This document shows, in pieces, positions 20,168 to 29,453 of a stretch of DNA of 64,000 nt (the stretch's first letter is position 1; every line of letters starts with the position of its first letter). A program made the translations under genes and the position numbers. The DNA lies in the NCBI GenBank assembly GCA_001587575.1, contig LNJC01000003.1, positions 2,937 to 66,936 of the forward strand, in the 5' to 3' direction. The notes below the pieces were generated by a model. The model saw only the letters and a list, made by a program, of their open reading frames with translations, was not told the DNA's origin and searched no databases. The stretch is from Candidatus Methanofastidiosum methylothiophilum. GTDB lineage: Archaea > Methanobacteriota_B > Thermococci > Methanofastidiosales > Methanofastidiosaceae.

Positions 20168-21007
20168 TTATTCTTTTACAATATCACCTGTTTTAACAAA
20201 TGATATACCTCTATTTAGGAGTTTATCTTTTAAATCTGACCGTTCTTTTATACCTTTCCAGTCTAAAATGACGAAATCCAAACGTCCACTTTTTCTTATT
20301 AATTCAGACAATATTGAATCTGTGACAGGGGTATTATACTTTGCAATTACATGTCCTAATGCAATGTCTGTATGTAAAATTATTTCAGTGAATTTTGGAC
20401 AATAATGTCCTCCCCCAATACCTGCTGCAATCTTAAAGGAATATTCATTGTCTTTATATGAAAGGGAATTATAAATTGCGGATGCTATTACTCCACCTGC
20501 TTCTTTTATGCTCCAATATGGTTCATCACTCCCAATTTCAATAAACGTTGTAGGAAGCCCAGTAAGGGGGCCATGATGAGTTGCTTCAAGAGATACTTCA
20601 AAGGGAATATCAAGTTTTTTTGATAAATTATTTATTTGATTTAATACTAATTTCTGAAATATAGGATTAGAAGGAGACACTTTTCCATCTTTTCCCCCAT
20701 AATCAGCCTTTCCGAAGTTCCCAGGAGTATGACACGTCAAAGTAGGTATTTTGGCGACAGATTTATGCCTAGTTGCAAAATAAATTGAATCAATTTCAGT
20801 TAAATTATACTCCTTAATTTCTTCTTGAATAATATTCTCCGGGAAATCTGTATAAATTGTTTCATTTTTAATTCTAACAAGTAATGAGTCCTTATCTTTA
20901 TCGTAAAAATAATTATTATCAAGTTTTTCAAAAGGATATGTTTCTAGCAAATTTTCTCTAATATTTTCTCCGGCTTTATCTAATTCTGAGCTTATTATCA
21001 ATTTCAT
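20168..21007 (-). CDS. putative D-aminoacyl-tRNA deacylase, archaeal DTD2/DtdA type
   Basis: The 279-aa protein has SLEATHHGP and GIGGGHYCPKF segments consistent with the archaeal DTD2 family. Assignment is from recalled family features only. Confidence 0.4.
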   Translation of the reverse strand: MKLIISSELDKAGENIRENLLETYPFEKLDNNYFYDKDKDSLLVRIKNETIYTDFPENIIQEEIKEYNLTEIDSIYFATRHKSVAKIPTLTCHTPGNFGKADYGGKDGKVSPSNPIFQKLVLNQINNLSKKLDIPFEVSLEATHHGPLTGLPTTFIEIGSDEPYWSIKEAGGVIASAIYNSLSYKDNEYSFKIAAGIGGGHYCPKFTEIILHTDIALGHVIAKYNTPVTDSILSELIRKSGRLDFVILDWKGIKERSDLKDKLLNRGISFVKTGDIVKE

Positions 21008-21058
21008 CTCTTTACCCCAAACGTTAAAATACCCCAGTCTATAGTATTTATATATTTA

Positions 21059-21637
21059 ATGAGGATTTGCATGGATTCTGAGCTGAGAAGAAAAATATTC
21101 CATGAGATTGGATTATTAATTCCAATAAGCTATTTATTTTTTGATAAGAAGGACGCAATATTTGGAATGTCAATTTTAGTAATAATTTTTGTATTTGTGG
21201 AATTTCTAAGATTAAGATATAATTTTGGAACGGAGTTTATTCCAAAAGTAGTTGGAAAAACCGTTAGAGATTATGAAGAAGTTGATTTATCCGCTGCGAC
21301 TTATTTTATTATTTCTTCATTTTTTACAGTTCTACTATTTGAAAAATTTATTGCTATAGCCGCCATAAGTTATAATTCTATAGGAGATTTTTTTTCAGCT
21401 ATTATAGGAAAGAGATTTGGAAAAATAAAATATATGGGTGGAAAAAAATCCTTAGAGGGTAGTATTGCATGTTTTGTATCATGTTTTATTGTTGGGCTAT
21501 TTGTATTAAATCCTCTAATGGCTATAGCTGGTGCTCTTGCTGCCACTTTTGCAGAGGGCTATCTGATCAAAGTAAATGATAATTTGTCTATTCCAATACT
21601 ATCTGGTATTGTTCTTACAGCTATATCTTTTCTTTGA
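21059..21637 (+). CDS. CTP-dependent polyprenol/dolichol kinase-like membrane protein (CdsA/Sec59/CarS superfamily)
   Basis: It is polytopic. The C-terminal motif is IGDFFSAIIGKRFGKIKYMGGKKSLEGSIACFVS, i.e. the GD..S..GKR.G...........KS.EG..a.F signature of the cytidylyltransferase/polyprenol kinase family. Confidence 0.45.
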   Translation: MRICMDSELRRKIFHEIGLLIPISYLFFDKKDAIFGMSILVIIFVFVEFLRLRYNFGTEFIPKVVGKTVRDYEEVDLSAATYFIISSFFTVLLFEKFIAIAAISYNSIGDFFSAIIGKRFGKIKYMGGKKSLEGSIACFVSCFIVGLFVLNPLMAIAGALAATFAEGYLIKVNDNLSIPILSGIVLTAISFL

Positions 21638-23273
21638 AAAGTTCAAATATTATTGAAAGGTCTATTTCAAATGCAGAAACTGGCATTTCTAAATTAAAAT
21701 TATACAATACTTCGGGATTTAATTCTCCCATTTTACCAATATAAACACCATCGATCTCCAAAGAACATGACCTCCCTTGAATAAAGTAAGGATACTCCTC
21801 TTCTTTTACCGAATACATAAGGCCAAAAGAAGAAAGAAGACCGTTAAATATTCCTTTTATCTCAGAAAAGTTTGCCTTTGGGTGGCATATTGCACAAGAA
21901 AGATGCTGTTTTTCGAGTAGATTCTGGTCTGGAACAACTACCCCTAGCTCAAATAAATTCTGAGGATATTCATAGTGAGAATTAGAAGCCAAAGTTTTAA
22001 TTAATAAAGGCAATAAGCTACAACGTACAGTATCAAATTCCGTATTTACTGCATTTCTTGTCTTTACAAGTTTCCTTTTATTGTCAAGCATTTTAGTGAT
22101 CAAAACATCTTCATTCGAAAGAATATAATTCTTAACCTCAAAAAAGTTAAATCCTATCATTACTTCTTCAATCTTTCTTAGGAATATTTCAATCGGATTT
22201 TCTTGCCCAATAGTTGCTATATCTGGTATTTCGGGGGTAAAGTTTTCAAATCCGTATGAAATTGAAATATCTTCAACTAGATCTATTGGATGTAAAATAT
22301 CTGCCCTATACGGAGGAATTTCTACAATTAATTTATCTTTTGATTTTGAGGATATTCCATATCTCATTTTCATTAGTAATTCTGCAGTTTCGTTTTCAGA
22401 TAAATTTAGTCCAAGTATTTTATTAGAATATGGGATATCCAGCTCAATCTTTTCACTATTAAAATCAGGATAGTTCCAATCTTTTCCCTCATCAGTTAAT
22501 CTAAATGAATAAATTTCTCCCCCTCTAATGAAAAGACCCATTAAAATAATATTCAATGCGTATTCAATGCTTTTCCTATGTGTGCCTGTGATATCAATAA
22601 AGAGATTTTTTGTTTTTCCAGTTACTTTTGTGATATCCCCATTGATAATCGGAGGCATTGATAATACATTGTCATTACTATCTATCCATATTGGACATTC
22701 TTTAAAATCATCTAATAAATGTGCGTAAGCAATGCCTTTAGGGTGGACCTTTAATATTTCATTTATAGTAAGGTTTTTATCAAATTCCAAGGGTATAAAA
22801 GAGAAATTTCTAGGCATTGTTGTATATCTAATTGGGAATTTTATCGTGTCTAGATCATGAACTCCAATTGCAACTTTCTTTCTATTTCTACCATGGGTTA
22901 TATGAAGTTTTTCTTGAATCTGCATCAATGATCTAATAGTATTATCATCAAAATTAATTCCTTTGACAATTGCTCCAACTGCAAAAGGCCTGACAGACTT
23001 GACTTTTGGATCAACTGTTCCTTCGTAATTTGATTTATGTACTTTAAACTCGATGGGCCCTTTTTCAATGCCCATAAAACCTTTTAATGCATTTGTGAAA
23101 CCTTCAATCGATAACATATCAGGCCTATCAGGAAAAACCTCAACTACTATCTCTGGATTTACTTTTTCAAGATCAGTTCCAATCATGGAAATTCTATCAC
23201 TTAAGGTCTTGTCATCAACAGTTTTTCCTAGTAAAGAAATGAACTCAGTTTTATCAAAGTTAACAGTTGGCAT
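21621..23273 (-). CDS. pheT: phenylalanine--tRNA ligase beta subunit (archaeal type)
   Basis: The 550-aa protein has B3/4 and B5 domain patterns and lies immediately downstream of pheS, separated by 4 nt. Confidence 0.85.
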   Translation of the reverse strand: MPTVNFDKTEFISLLGKTVDDKTLSDRISMIGTDLEKVNPEIVVEVFPDRPDMLSIEGFTNALKGFMGIEKGPIEFKVHKSNYEGTVDPKVKSVRPFAVGAIVKGINFDDNTIRSLMQIQEKLHITHGRNRKKVAIGVHDLDTIKFPIRYTTMPRNFSFIPLEFDKNLTINEILKVHPKGIAYAHLLDDFKECPIWIDSNDNVLSMPPIINGDITKVTGKTKNLFIDITGTHRKSIEYALNIILMGLFIRGGEIYSFRLTDEGKDWNYPDFNSEKIELDIPYSNKILGLNLSENETAELLMKMRYGISSKSKDKLIVEIPPYRADILHPIDLVEDISISYGFENFTPEIPDIATIGQENPIEIFLRKIEEVMIGFNFFEVKNYILSNEDVLITKMLDNKRKLVKTRNAVNTEFDTVRCSLLPLLIKTLASNSHYEYPQNLFELGVVVPDQNLLEKQHLSCAICHPKANFSEIKGIFNGLLSSFGLMYSVKEEEYPYFIQGRSCSLEIDGVYIGKMGELNPEVLYNFNLEMPVSAFEIDLSIIFELFKEKI

Positions 23274-23277
23274 TTTA

Positions 23278-24777
23278 TCATCCCTTTATCCAAATTGGTA
23301 GTTTTTTCATCATGTCAAGGTCATTCATATATTTCTGTCTTATATCTGTCAATCCATAATATTCCATTATTAATCTTCCAAATCCCGGGCCCCAAGCAAG
23401 TACGGGTACGTCCTTGCCCAAAAGAGGAACAACTACTTCAGGCCTAAAAATTCCAGCTCCTAAAAGTTCTACCCATTCTCCTTTATTTTTATTATATATA
23501 TCTACCTCAATGCTTGGTTCTGTGTAGGGGAAATATGCAGGTCTAAATCTTATTTTAGAATGGCCCATCTTATTTAAGAAGCGTTTAAGATACCCTAGTA
23601 AGTGTTTGAAGTTAGCATCTTCATCAACTACTATTCCATCAGTTTGGTAGAATTCAAAAAGATGTTTCCAGTCAAGTTTCTCGTTTCTAAATACTTTGCC
23701 CACGGAGAAAAATTTTGCAGGTAGATCCTCGGGCTTTAGTGTACTGAGTGTTCTTACGGATAAAGAAGTTGTATGTGTTCTTAGGACGTATTCTTCACTA
23801 ATTTTTTTATCCCAATTATACCCCCAGCCTTTTGAATTTATATCTCCTCCATGTTCATGCATAGCACAAATTTTGTCAGATAGTTTTGGGTCTATTTGTC
23901 CAAATCTAGGGGACTCTACAAAGAATGTGTCCTGCATATCTCTTGCAGGATGATCTTGAGGTTGAAAGAGTGCATCAAAAACCCAAAAAGACGTGTCTAT
24001 CATTGGCCCTGACATTTCTCTAAATCCCATCTCAAGCCATATCTTACGAATATATTCTATTGCTTGATTTACAAAATGCTTTCGTGAAGGATAAACTACT
24101 TTTACATCAGAGGAAACATCAAATCTCTTTAAAGTAACATTTCTCCAGTTTTGATTTTTTAAAATTTCCGGCGTTAATTCCGATATTTCTTCTGTTATCT
24201 CTATACCTTTAGATATTTCAGTTTTTCCTAATTCAGTTAGAAATACTTTTCTAACAGTATCTAATTTTTTTTCAACAAGTTTTCTCTTTATAAGAATATT
24301 GAGAATATTATCATTAACAATTTTTTTCTTATGGATATCTTCTAATGCAATTTCTTCAAGAGTTTTTTCTTTCAAAGCAATAATACCTTTATTGGTCAAA
24401 GAAAATGATAAGGCATCATTAATTTTTTCTATTGATATCCACCCATTTCTTCTTGCAATTCCTATTGCAATATTTCTTTCTTCTTCAGTGAGTTCAATTT
24501 TAGATAAGGGAATATTTTCTTTTATTCCTTTGATAAGGATTTTTTCAATAAGGCCTTCATCTAAGCTTTTTTCGCCCTCTTTTGTTAATGCTAAACTAGC
24601 TATAGCTTTCTCATCTACTAATACTAGTTTTTTACTTGATAAGTAAAGTAAAGTTCTCATTACTGCGACTTCAGGAAGTCCAGATAATTTTGCTATTTCT
24701 TCTGGAGTTGAGTTTCCTTCCAAATCACCCAATACTTTTAGAATAATTTTCTCTTGCTTTGAGAGCATTAAATTCAC
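23278..24777 (-). CDS. pheS: phenylalanine--tRNA ligase alpha subunit
   Basis: It has class II aaRS motifs (FRPAYFPYTEPS, GAGIFRPEV) and an N-terminal winged-helix extension. Length is 499 aa. Confidence 0.85.
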   Translation of the reverse strand: MNLMLSKQEKIILKVLGDLEGNSTPEEIAKLSGLPEVAVMRTLLYLSSKKLVLVDEKAIASLALTKEGEKSLDEGLIEKILIKGIKENIPLSKIELTEEERNIAIGIARRNGWISIEKINDALSFSLTNKGIIALKEKTLEEIALEDIHKKKIVNDNILNILIKRKLVEKKLDTVRKVFLTELGKTEISKGIEITEEISELTPEILKNQNWRNVTLKRFDVSSDVKVVYPSRKHFVNQAIEYIRKIWLEMGFREMSGPMIDTSFWVFDALFQPQDHPARDMQDTFFVESPRFGQIDPKLSDKICAMHEHGGDINSKGWGYNWDKKISEEYVLRTHTTSLSVRTLSTLKPEDLPAKFFSVGKVFRNEKLDWKHLFEFYQTDGIVVDEDANFKHLLGYLKRFLNKMGHSKIRFRPAYFPYTEPSIEVDIYNKNKGEWVELLGAGIFRPEVVVPLLGKDVPVLAWGPGFGRLIMEYYGLTDIRQKYMNDLDMMKKLPIWIKG

Positions 24778-25283
24778 TTCTTGATTTTCTTAAATTCAAT
24801 AACGCATGGGCCACCGTTCTTAAAAAGAGGTTTGTATTCCCATTTTTTTGATTCTCCTGGCTTTGAATTTTCTATTGCTCCTATAATGGCCATTGCTCTA
24901 AGACATGCCAATTTTTCTACTTTGTCATCAGTAACTAACATATTACAGTGTTCGTTATATGGGCATTTATTGACTGTATACACAAAGTTTTCACTATCTC
25001 CTTCAATTTCATGATCAGCCCCATTCATGAATCCAGTTTTAGAAACTTCATCAACATACATCTTAGCAGCTTCAAATCCTTCAAGATCATATTTAAATTC
25101 TGCTCCAAGCTCCTTCCATTTAGATATAAAAGGCCTAATAGAAATAATAATCCATTGCCTATAAAATGCTTCAGGTTTTCCAAAGAAATTATTTGCTGTT
25201 TTTTCAATCCCATAAACCCATGCATTCATAACAGTCATTACAGCTTCTATTTTTTTTTCTTGGTCTTTACATTCTTCAGACAA
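24774..25283 (-). CDS. hypothetical Cys-containing protein, translationally coupled (ATGA overlap) to pheS
   Basis: The 169-aa protein has a KCPYNEHC...LACL cysteine cluster and no recognisable family. A TATA-like element lies upstream. Confidence 0.4.
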   Translation of the reverse strand: MSEECKDQEKKIEAVMTVMNAWVYGIEKTANNFFGKPEAFYRQWIIISIRPFISKWKELGAEFKYDLEGFEAAKMYVDEVSKTGFMNGADHEIEGDSENFVYTVNKCPYNEHCNMLVTDDKVEKLACLRAMAIIGAIENSKPGESKKWEYKPLFKNGGPCVIEFKKIKK

Positions 25284-25507
25284 AAAAAATCACCTTCTAA
25301 TCTGCATAAAGGATGAGTAGTCGTTTATAAGTCTTTTCTTATAGAAATTCTAGTCAAGATGTTATTGTCCTCATTAATAAAATATGGTCATAGTCTTAGT
25401 AATACTGGTATTAATTCCTTTTAAACATAAAAATAATAGAATTATAGTTAAGAAATAAATAGGAAACTTTTAAAATATAAAGTTAAACTGAATATATAGT
25501 TGATTCT

Positions 25508-26110
25508 ATGATTGGGAGAAATACCCATATGGTCCAATGCCGAATGGGTGGAGGTATGGGACTTGGGGGAGGGCTTGCTCAAAGGGGTACCTTTGCGGAT
25601 GCCGGTAGAGACATAATAGCAATAGCTATGAGTCCAGGAAGGAGACATATTACAAAACCTATTTGTGAAATAACATATGCAATGAGAGAAGCAGGTATAA
25701 AAACAAGTGTGATGGTACTTAACGCAGGAAATGGTGTGCCGCCAGAGGCTCCTTCTTCAGGGGTAAGTGTACTATTTGGAATAGAAGAAAAAGAAATGGA
25801 AATATTAAATGACTTCAAACTTGCAATTATACACCTGGGAAATATTAGGACCCATGTTGTATATAAGGCCAAATTTATACTAGATCTTACCCCAATAGAT
25901 GCTATAATTGCTTGCCAAGCTCCAGTAACCTTTGAAGATTTTGAAAAGATAGGGGTAAGAACTATTAATAATGATAATGGGACAACTAAAGGAAGAGTTG
26001 TCGACATAATTAGTGGAATAATAAGGGGTCAAAGTTGCCCTCAAGAAAAGCTTGATGAAATTATTTCCAAAGTTAAGAGAAACATTCACCATGATAGCAA
26101 TAGTATTTGA
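25508..26110 (+). CDS. McrC-like protein (methyl-coenzyme M reductase operon protein C / methanogenesis marker 7 family)
   Basis: The segments [28 protein letters not shown]...[25 protein letters not shown]...[10 protein letters not shown]...[15 protein letters not shown]...[16 protein letters not shown] closely follow the conserved McrC/Mmp7 sequence pattern as recalled. A TATA-like tttaaaatataaag lies about 30 nt upstream. Confidence 0.5.
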   Translation: MIGRNTHMVQCRMGGGMGLGGGLAQRGTFADAGRDIIAIAMSPGRRHITKPICEITYAMREAGIKTSVMVLNAGNGVPPEAPSSGVSVLFGIEEKEMEILNDFKLAIIHLGNIRTHVVYKAKFILDLTPIDAIIACQAPVTFEDFEKIGVRTINNDNGTTKGRVVDIISGIIRGQSCPQEKLDEIISKVKRNIHHDSNSI

Positions 26111-26891
26111 TAAATCAGGAACTCTAGTAGATACAAAAAGAGTATCAAAAGATTTGGAAAAAAATGAATTTATTTATCACAAATCTTCTATTGAGTTAAT
26201 AGAAGATAATCCAAATCTTTTTCTTGTAACGATAGCAACAGACCCAAGATCAACATTTTTACAAGAGGACCCTAAAAAGACTCTTGGCCTTTCGATTAAG
26301 GAGTTAAACATAGGATTTGAAGTTGTCTTTAAAGGTATTAATGCAGTCATAGACAAAGAAAAAATAATAAAATGGTCAGAAAAAATTTTGATTGAAGAAG
26401 TTAATGAAACAATAAAAAAATTAAAAGAAGAATTTGACATTTGTACTTTAGTTGGATGTGGTGTTGTTGTCGACTCTAAAAAAGAAAAAATAACACACAT
26501 TGTTGCTTCTTCAGGAAAAATAAAAGACGGCGTATTTGACTTATTTGACTATCTCCGCTCAGAGGGTATTGAAGTTTATCTTGCTACGGGAGATAATCCT
26601 TGTTCAGTTTATCCTCTAGCAAAAAGACTTGGAATTCAAGATACTTTTGTGTTTCCTCAGGTTGACCCTGAAGGAAAAAGGAAGATTATATCAAATTTAA
26701 AAAAGACCTATGAACAAGTTATAATGGTTGGAGACGATATTAATGATAAAGGTGCGTTTGAAGAGGCTGATTTAAGTTTTTTAATACTAGAAAATGAAGC
26801 TAAAAGGAAGAACGAGTTAAAAACTATAGTTGATTATACTATAACGGAACCATTAGAGATTAAAAACATATTGAAGAGATTCAGAATTTAA
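26094..26891 (+). CDS. soluble P-type-ATPase-like HAD phosphatase (MJ0968-like)
   Basis: It has IVFDKSGTL (DKTGT-like phosphorylation motif) and [19 protein letters not shown] (GDGxNDxxAL motif) but no TM helices. The track ORF starts 14 codons earlier (26052) and would overlap the upstream gene by 59 nt. MIAIVFD at 26094 is the preferred start. Confidence 0.6.
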   Translation: MAIVFDKSGTLVDTKRVSKDLEKNEFIYHKSSIELIEDNPNLFLVTIATDPRSTFLQEDPKKTLGLSIKELNIGFEVVFKGINAVIDKEKIIKWSEKILIEEVNETIKKLKEEFDICTLVGCGVVVDSKKEKITHIVASSGKIKDGVFDLFDYLRSEGIEVYLATGDNPCSVYPLAKRLGIQDTFVFPQVDPEGKRKIISNLKKTYEQVIMVGDDINDKGAFEEADLSFLILENEAKRKNELKTIVDYTITEPLEIKNILKRFRI

Positions 26892-27886
26892 AAATATTTA
26901 TCAAGAGTTTTCTGTTTCAAAGTATTTTCTAAAGAAAAAGCGATTCTCTCGATTCCTTTTTCTACCCTGAGTTCAGAAAATTCATATTTATCGCATAATA
27001 TTTTTATGATTTTATCTTTGTCCGGCTTTTCAAATGAAATAGTATAGTTATCAGAAACTGTAGGATCTAAAAATAAATTAATTATTTGATCAAATTCTCC
27101 ATATTCGCCAAATTTACCTTCTTTAACAATTTCAATAGCTTTTTTTGGTCCAATCCCTTTGATTCCTCCAGGATTATAATCAGTACCGATAAGTATAGCA
27201 ACTTCAATAAGTTGGTTTCTCGATAGATTGAGATAATTTAGAACATTTTCATAATCAATAATTTCAGGAACAACGTCAACAAATAAGTCTTTACCAGGGA
27301 TTTTTCTTTTGCCGGATATTGTCAGATTCCTTACTAAAGAGGGGGCGCCAAAGAGAATTGAGTCGTAGTCTTGGGATGCAGATAAATCAGCATCTCCTTT
27401 TAATACAACATAAGCTGCCTGAGCTTCGCCTTCAGAAGGAGCTTCAATATAGGGTATCCCCATTGAAGTTAATAATTCTTTAGAACTATTGACCATGTCC
27501 CCTTTTAATGAAGATGTCATTTGAGAGTATTTTTTTGCTTCTTTAAAATCTCCTCTTGATTTAGCATCGATGTATTTTTCTCTTGCGTCTTCCTTGATTT
27601 CTTTTCTCTTTTCAATCGTTTGAAATTTTTGTTCGGGTGGTTTGCCATCGAAAACATATATTGGCCGGATTCCCTGTTCAATAAGATTAACGCTTCTATA
27701 AAAAAGACCTGACAAATGAGAGGTTACTTCTCCTTTTGAATTCTTTAATGGAGTCCCATCTCTTTGTCTTATTATAGCTAAAAATTGATAAAGTGCATTA
27801 TATGCATCAATAGCCACGCTTTTACCTTTCAGATCTGAGATATCTACTTTCTTTTTGGGAACTATTTCGCCCAGATTTACGCCCAT
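26888..27886 (-). CDS. fen: flap endonuclease FEN-1
   Basis: It begins MGVNLGEIVPKK and has XPG-N/XPG-I motifs (AIDAYNALYQF, VFDGKPPEQK, GIPYIEAPSEGEAQAA) and an H3TH domain (GIGPKKA). Length is 332 aa. Confidence 0.85.
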   Translation of the reverse strand: MGVNLGEIVPKKKVDISDLKGKSVAIDAYNALYQFLAIIRQRDGTPLKNSKGEVTSHLSGLFYRSVNLIEQGIRPIYVFDGKPPEQKFQTIEKRKEIKEDAREKYIDAKSRGDFKEAKKYSQMTSSLKGDMVNSSKELLTSMGIPYIEAPSEGEAQAAYVVLKGDADLSASQDYDSILFGAPSLVRNLTISGKRKIPGKDLFVDVVPEIIDYENVLNYLNLSRNQLIEVAILIGTDYNPGGIKGIGPKKAIEIVKEGKFGEYGEFDQIINLFLDPTVSDNYTISFEKPDKDKIIKILCDKYEFSELRVEKGIERIAFSLENTLKQKTLDKYF

Positions 27887-27890
27887 AAGG

Positions 27891-28058
27891 CTAATCCCTT
27901 ATAACTGTTATTGGGATTACTTCTTTCTTCATCTCTTCTTGTGCAATTCTAATAGGGTCAAGAGTAGAAGTTTCAATTAATATAGGCGCACCTAAGGATA
28001 TCTGAAGTGCTCTGGCCCCAATAATTCTAACTTTTTCATACTTAGTATAATTCAACAA
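27891..28058 (-). CDS. rpoK: DNA-directed RNA polymerase subunit Rpo6 (RpoK), 55 aa, TTG start; not in ORF track
   Basis: Reverse-strand translation gives (M)[70 protein letters not shown] is the Rpb6/RpoK signature. The stop lies 4 nt before the fen ATG. There is an in-frame stop 8 codons upstream of the TTG. Confidence 0.55.
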   Translation of the reverse strand: MLNYTKYEKVRIIGARALQISLGAPILIETSTLDPIRIAQEEMKKEVIPITVIRD

Positions 28059-28142
28059 CTCACCATTTTTGAATGAATATAAAGGGATTATAAATTTTAT
28101 TGTTATAAATAAAATTGGAGCAGATTTCTTGCAAGAAAAAGT

Positions 28143-28553
28143 TTATTCACCTAGCGTATTTTCTCCTTTTTTTATCTTATCAATAATATTATTGAATAGT
28201 TTAATGAACTTTTCCCTATCCTCTGTGTTATAGGTTTGCATTATACTAATATGAATCGCTAGAACTTTTTCCAATACTTGTATATGTTCATCAGCAGTCT
28301 TTATAGATTCGATTAAGTCTCTTGTCTTTCTAAGGAGAACATGCTGTGCATATGAGAGCTTTGTTGCAACAAAATAAACCTTTGCCATACCTATCCTTCT
28401 ATAATCAACTAGCCCTATTGCCCTCATTATTTCAAGATATTTTACGGCGGTGGCCCTAGACATATTTAGATTATCGGCAATCTCTGAAGGGGTGGCGCCT
28501 ATTTTTACACCTTTTAGATACTCTATAATGGCCTCTTCGGCATTTTCTTCCAT
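28143..28553 (-). CDS. winged-helix (HTH) transcriptional regulator
   Basis: The 136-aa protein has an HTH segment ATPSEIADNLNMSRATAVKYLEIMRAIGLVD followed by a wing (RIGMAKVYF). It is preceded by a 470-bp AT-rich upstream region. Confidence 0.55.
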   Translation of the reverse strand: MEENAEEAIIEYLKGVKIGATPSEIADNLNMSRATAVKYLEIMRAIGLVDYRRIGMAKVYFVATKLSYAQHVLLRKTRDLIESIKTADEHIQVLEKVLAIHISIMQTYNTEDREKFIKLFNNIIDKIKKGENTLGE

Positions 28554-29024
28554 TGATGCTCACCATCATTATCTCTAACGTTAATATATATAAATGTTAC
28601 TACTATCAGTATTCAAAAAAATAAATTAAATTTAAAGCAATATTAAAAATATGCCCTTTCATTGAGTTTTATTTCGTATATTAATGATACATATCAATTA
28701 AGTTTAAGATTGGTTTATTATATACTATTACTAATATTATTATCTAATAAGTAATCATTCAATTATATTATTCCAATTAATAGAGTAAGTTAAAGTTCAA
28801 CCATATTGATAATAAATAATAATATTCATCATTAAAGAAATAATATAAATTATTATAAGTCAATAAATAGAAAGATTTATATACTATTGATTTACAATAA
28901 TAATAAGAGTGAAATAAATGAAAAAAAAAGCTAAATCCATTATGCCAATAGCAATAATGATTCCAATAATTGTCCTTGATATACTATTTAGGGGAGAAAA
29001 GTCTAATTCCACTAGAGTAGTATT

Positions 29025-29453
29025 CTAATCCTTTCTCTTAAGTATTACCCTTTGGATATTGTTACCTAGAGGGCATTCTAATTTCTCTTTTATTGAAATA
29101 ATAAGAAATTTATCTCCGTCCTTTATTCCATCCGGAACGCAAAAATCTTGATACTGGCACCTCTCTTTACATGAAAACGAAAATATCCCCGTTGCACCTT
29201 CAATTGCAAACTTCTTAGGTACCGCTGCTTCAATTTGTGCCTCTTTTACCTCAACTATTTTGACGCCTGAGTCGTGAATTTTACATGGATGTTCGATATT
29301 CCTAACTGAACAAACGGTGTATACCCTTCCAGGTTTCAAGTTTTCAACACAAGTCCTATAAAATCTGCATTCTTTGCATTCAACGTCTCCCTTCCCAGCT
29401 ACAAAAGAAAATCCTTGTTTTGCAAGATTTTTGGGAAGAAGAGTAAGAATCAA
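29025..29453 (-). CDS. conserved archaeal Cys-rich protein (UPF0179-like)
   Basis: The 142-aa protein has the cysteine pattern ECKECRFYRTCVEN...CSVRNIEHPCKIHD...CKERCQYQDFC, typical of a small family found in methanogen genomes. A 4-nt overlap with egsA suggests an operon. Confidence 0.35.
   Translation of the reverse strand: MILTLLPKNLAKQGFSFVAGKGDVECKECRFYRTCVENLKPGRVYTVCSVRNIEHPCKIHDSGVKIVEVKEAQIEAAVPKKFAIEGATGIFSFSCKERCQYQDFCVPDGIKDGDKFLIISIKEKLECPLGNNIQRVILKRKD

Noticed and set aside
28554-29024. CRISPR array or tandem repeats in the long AT-rich intergenic region
   Set aside because: No regularly spaced direct repeats are present, only low-complexity A/T runs.
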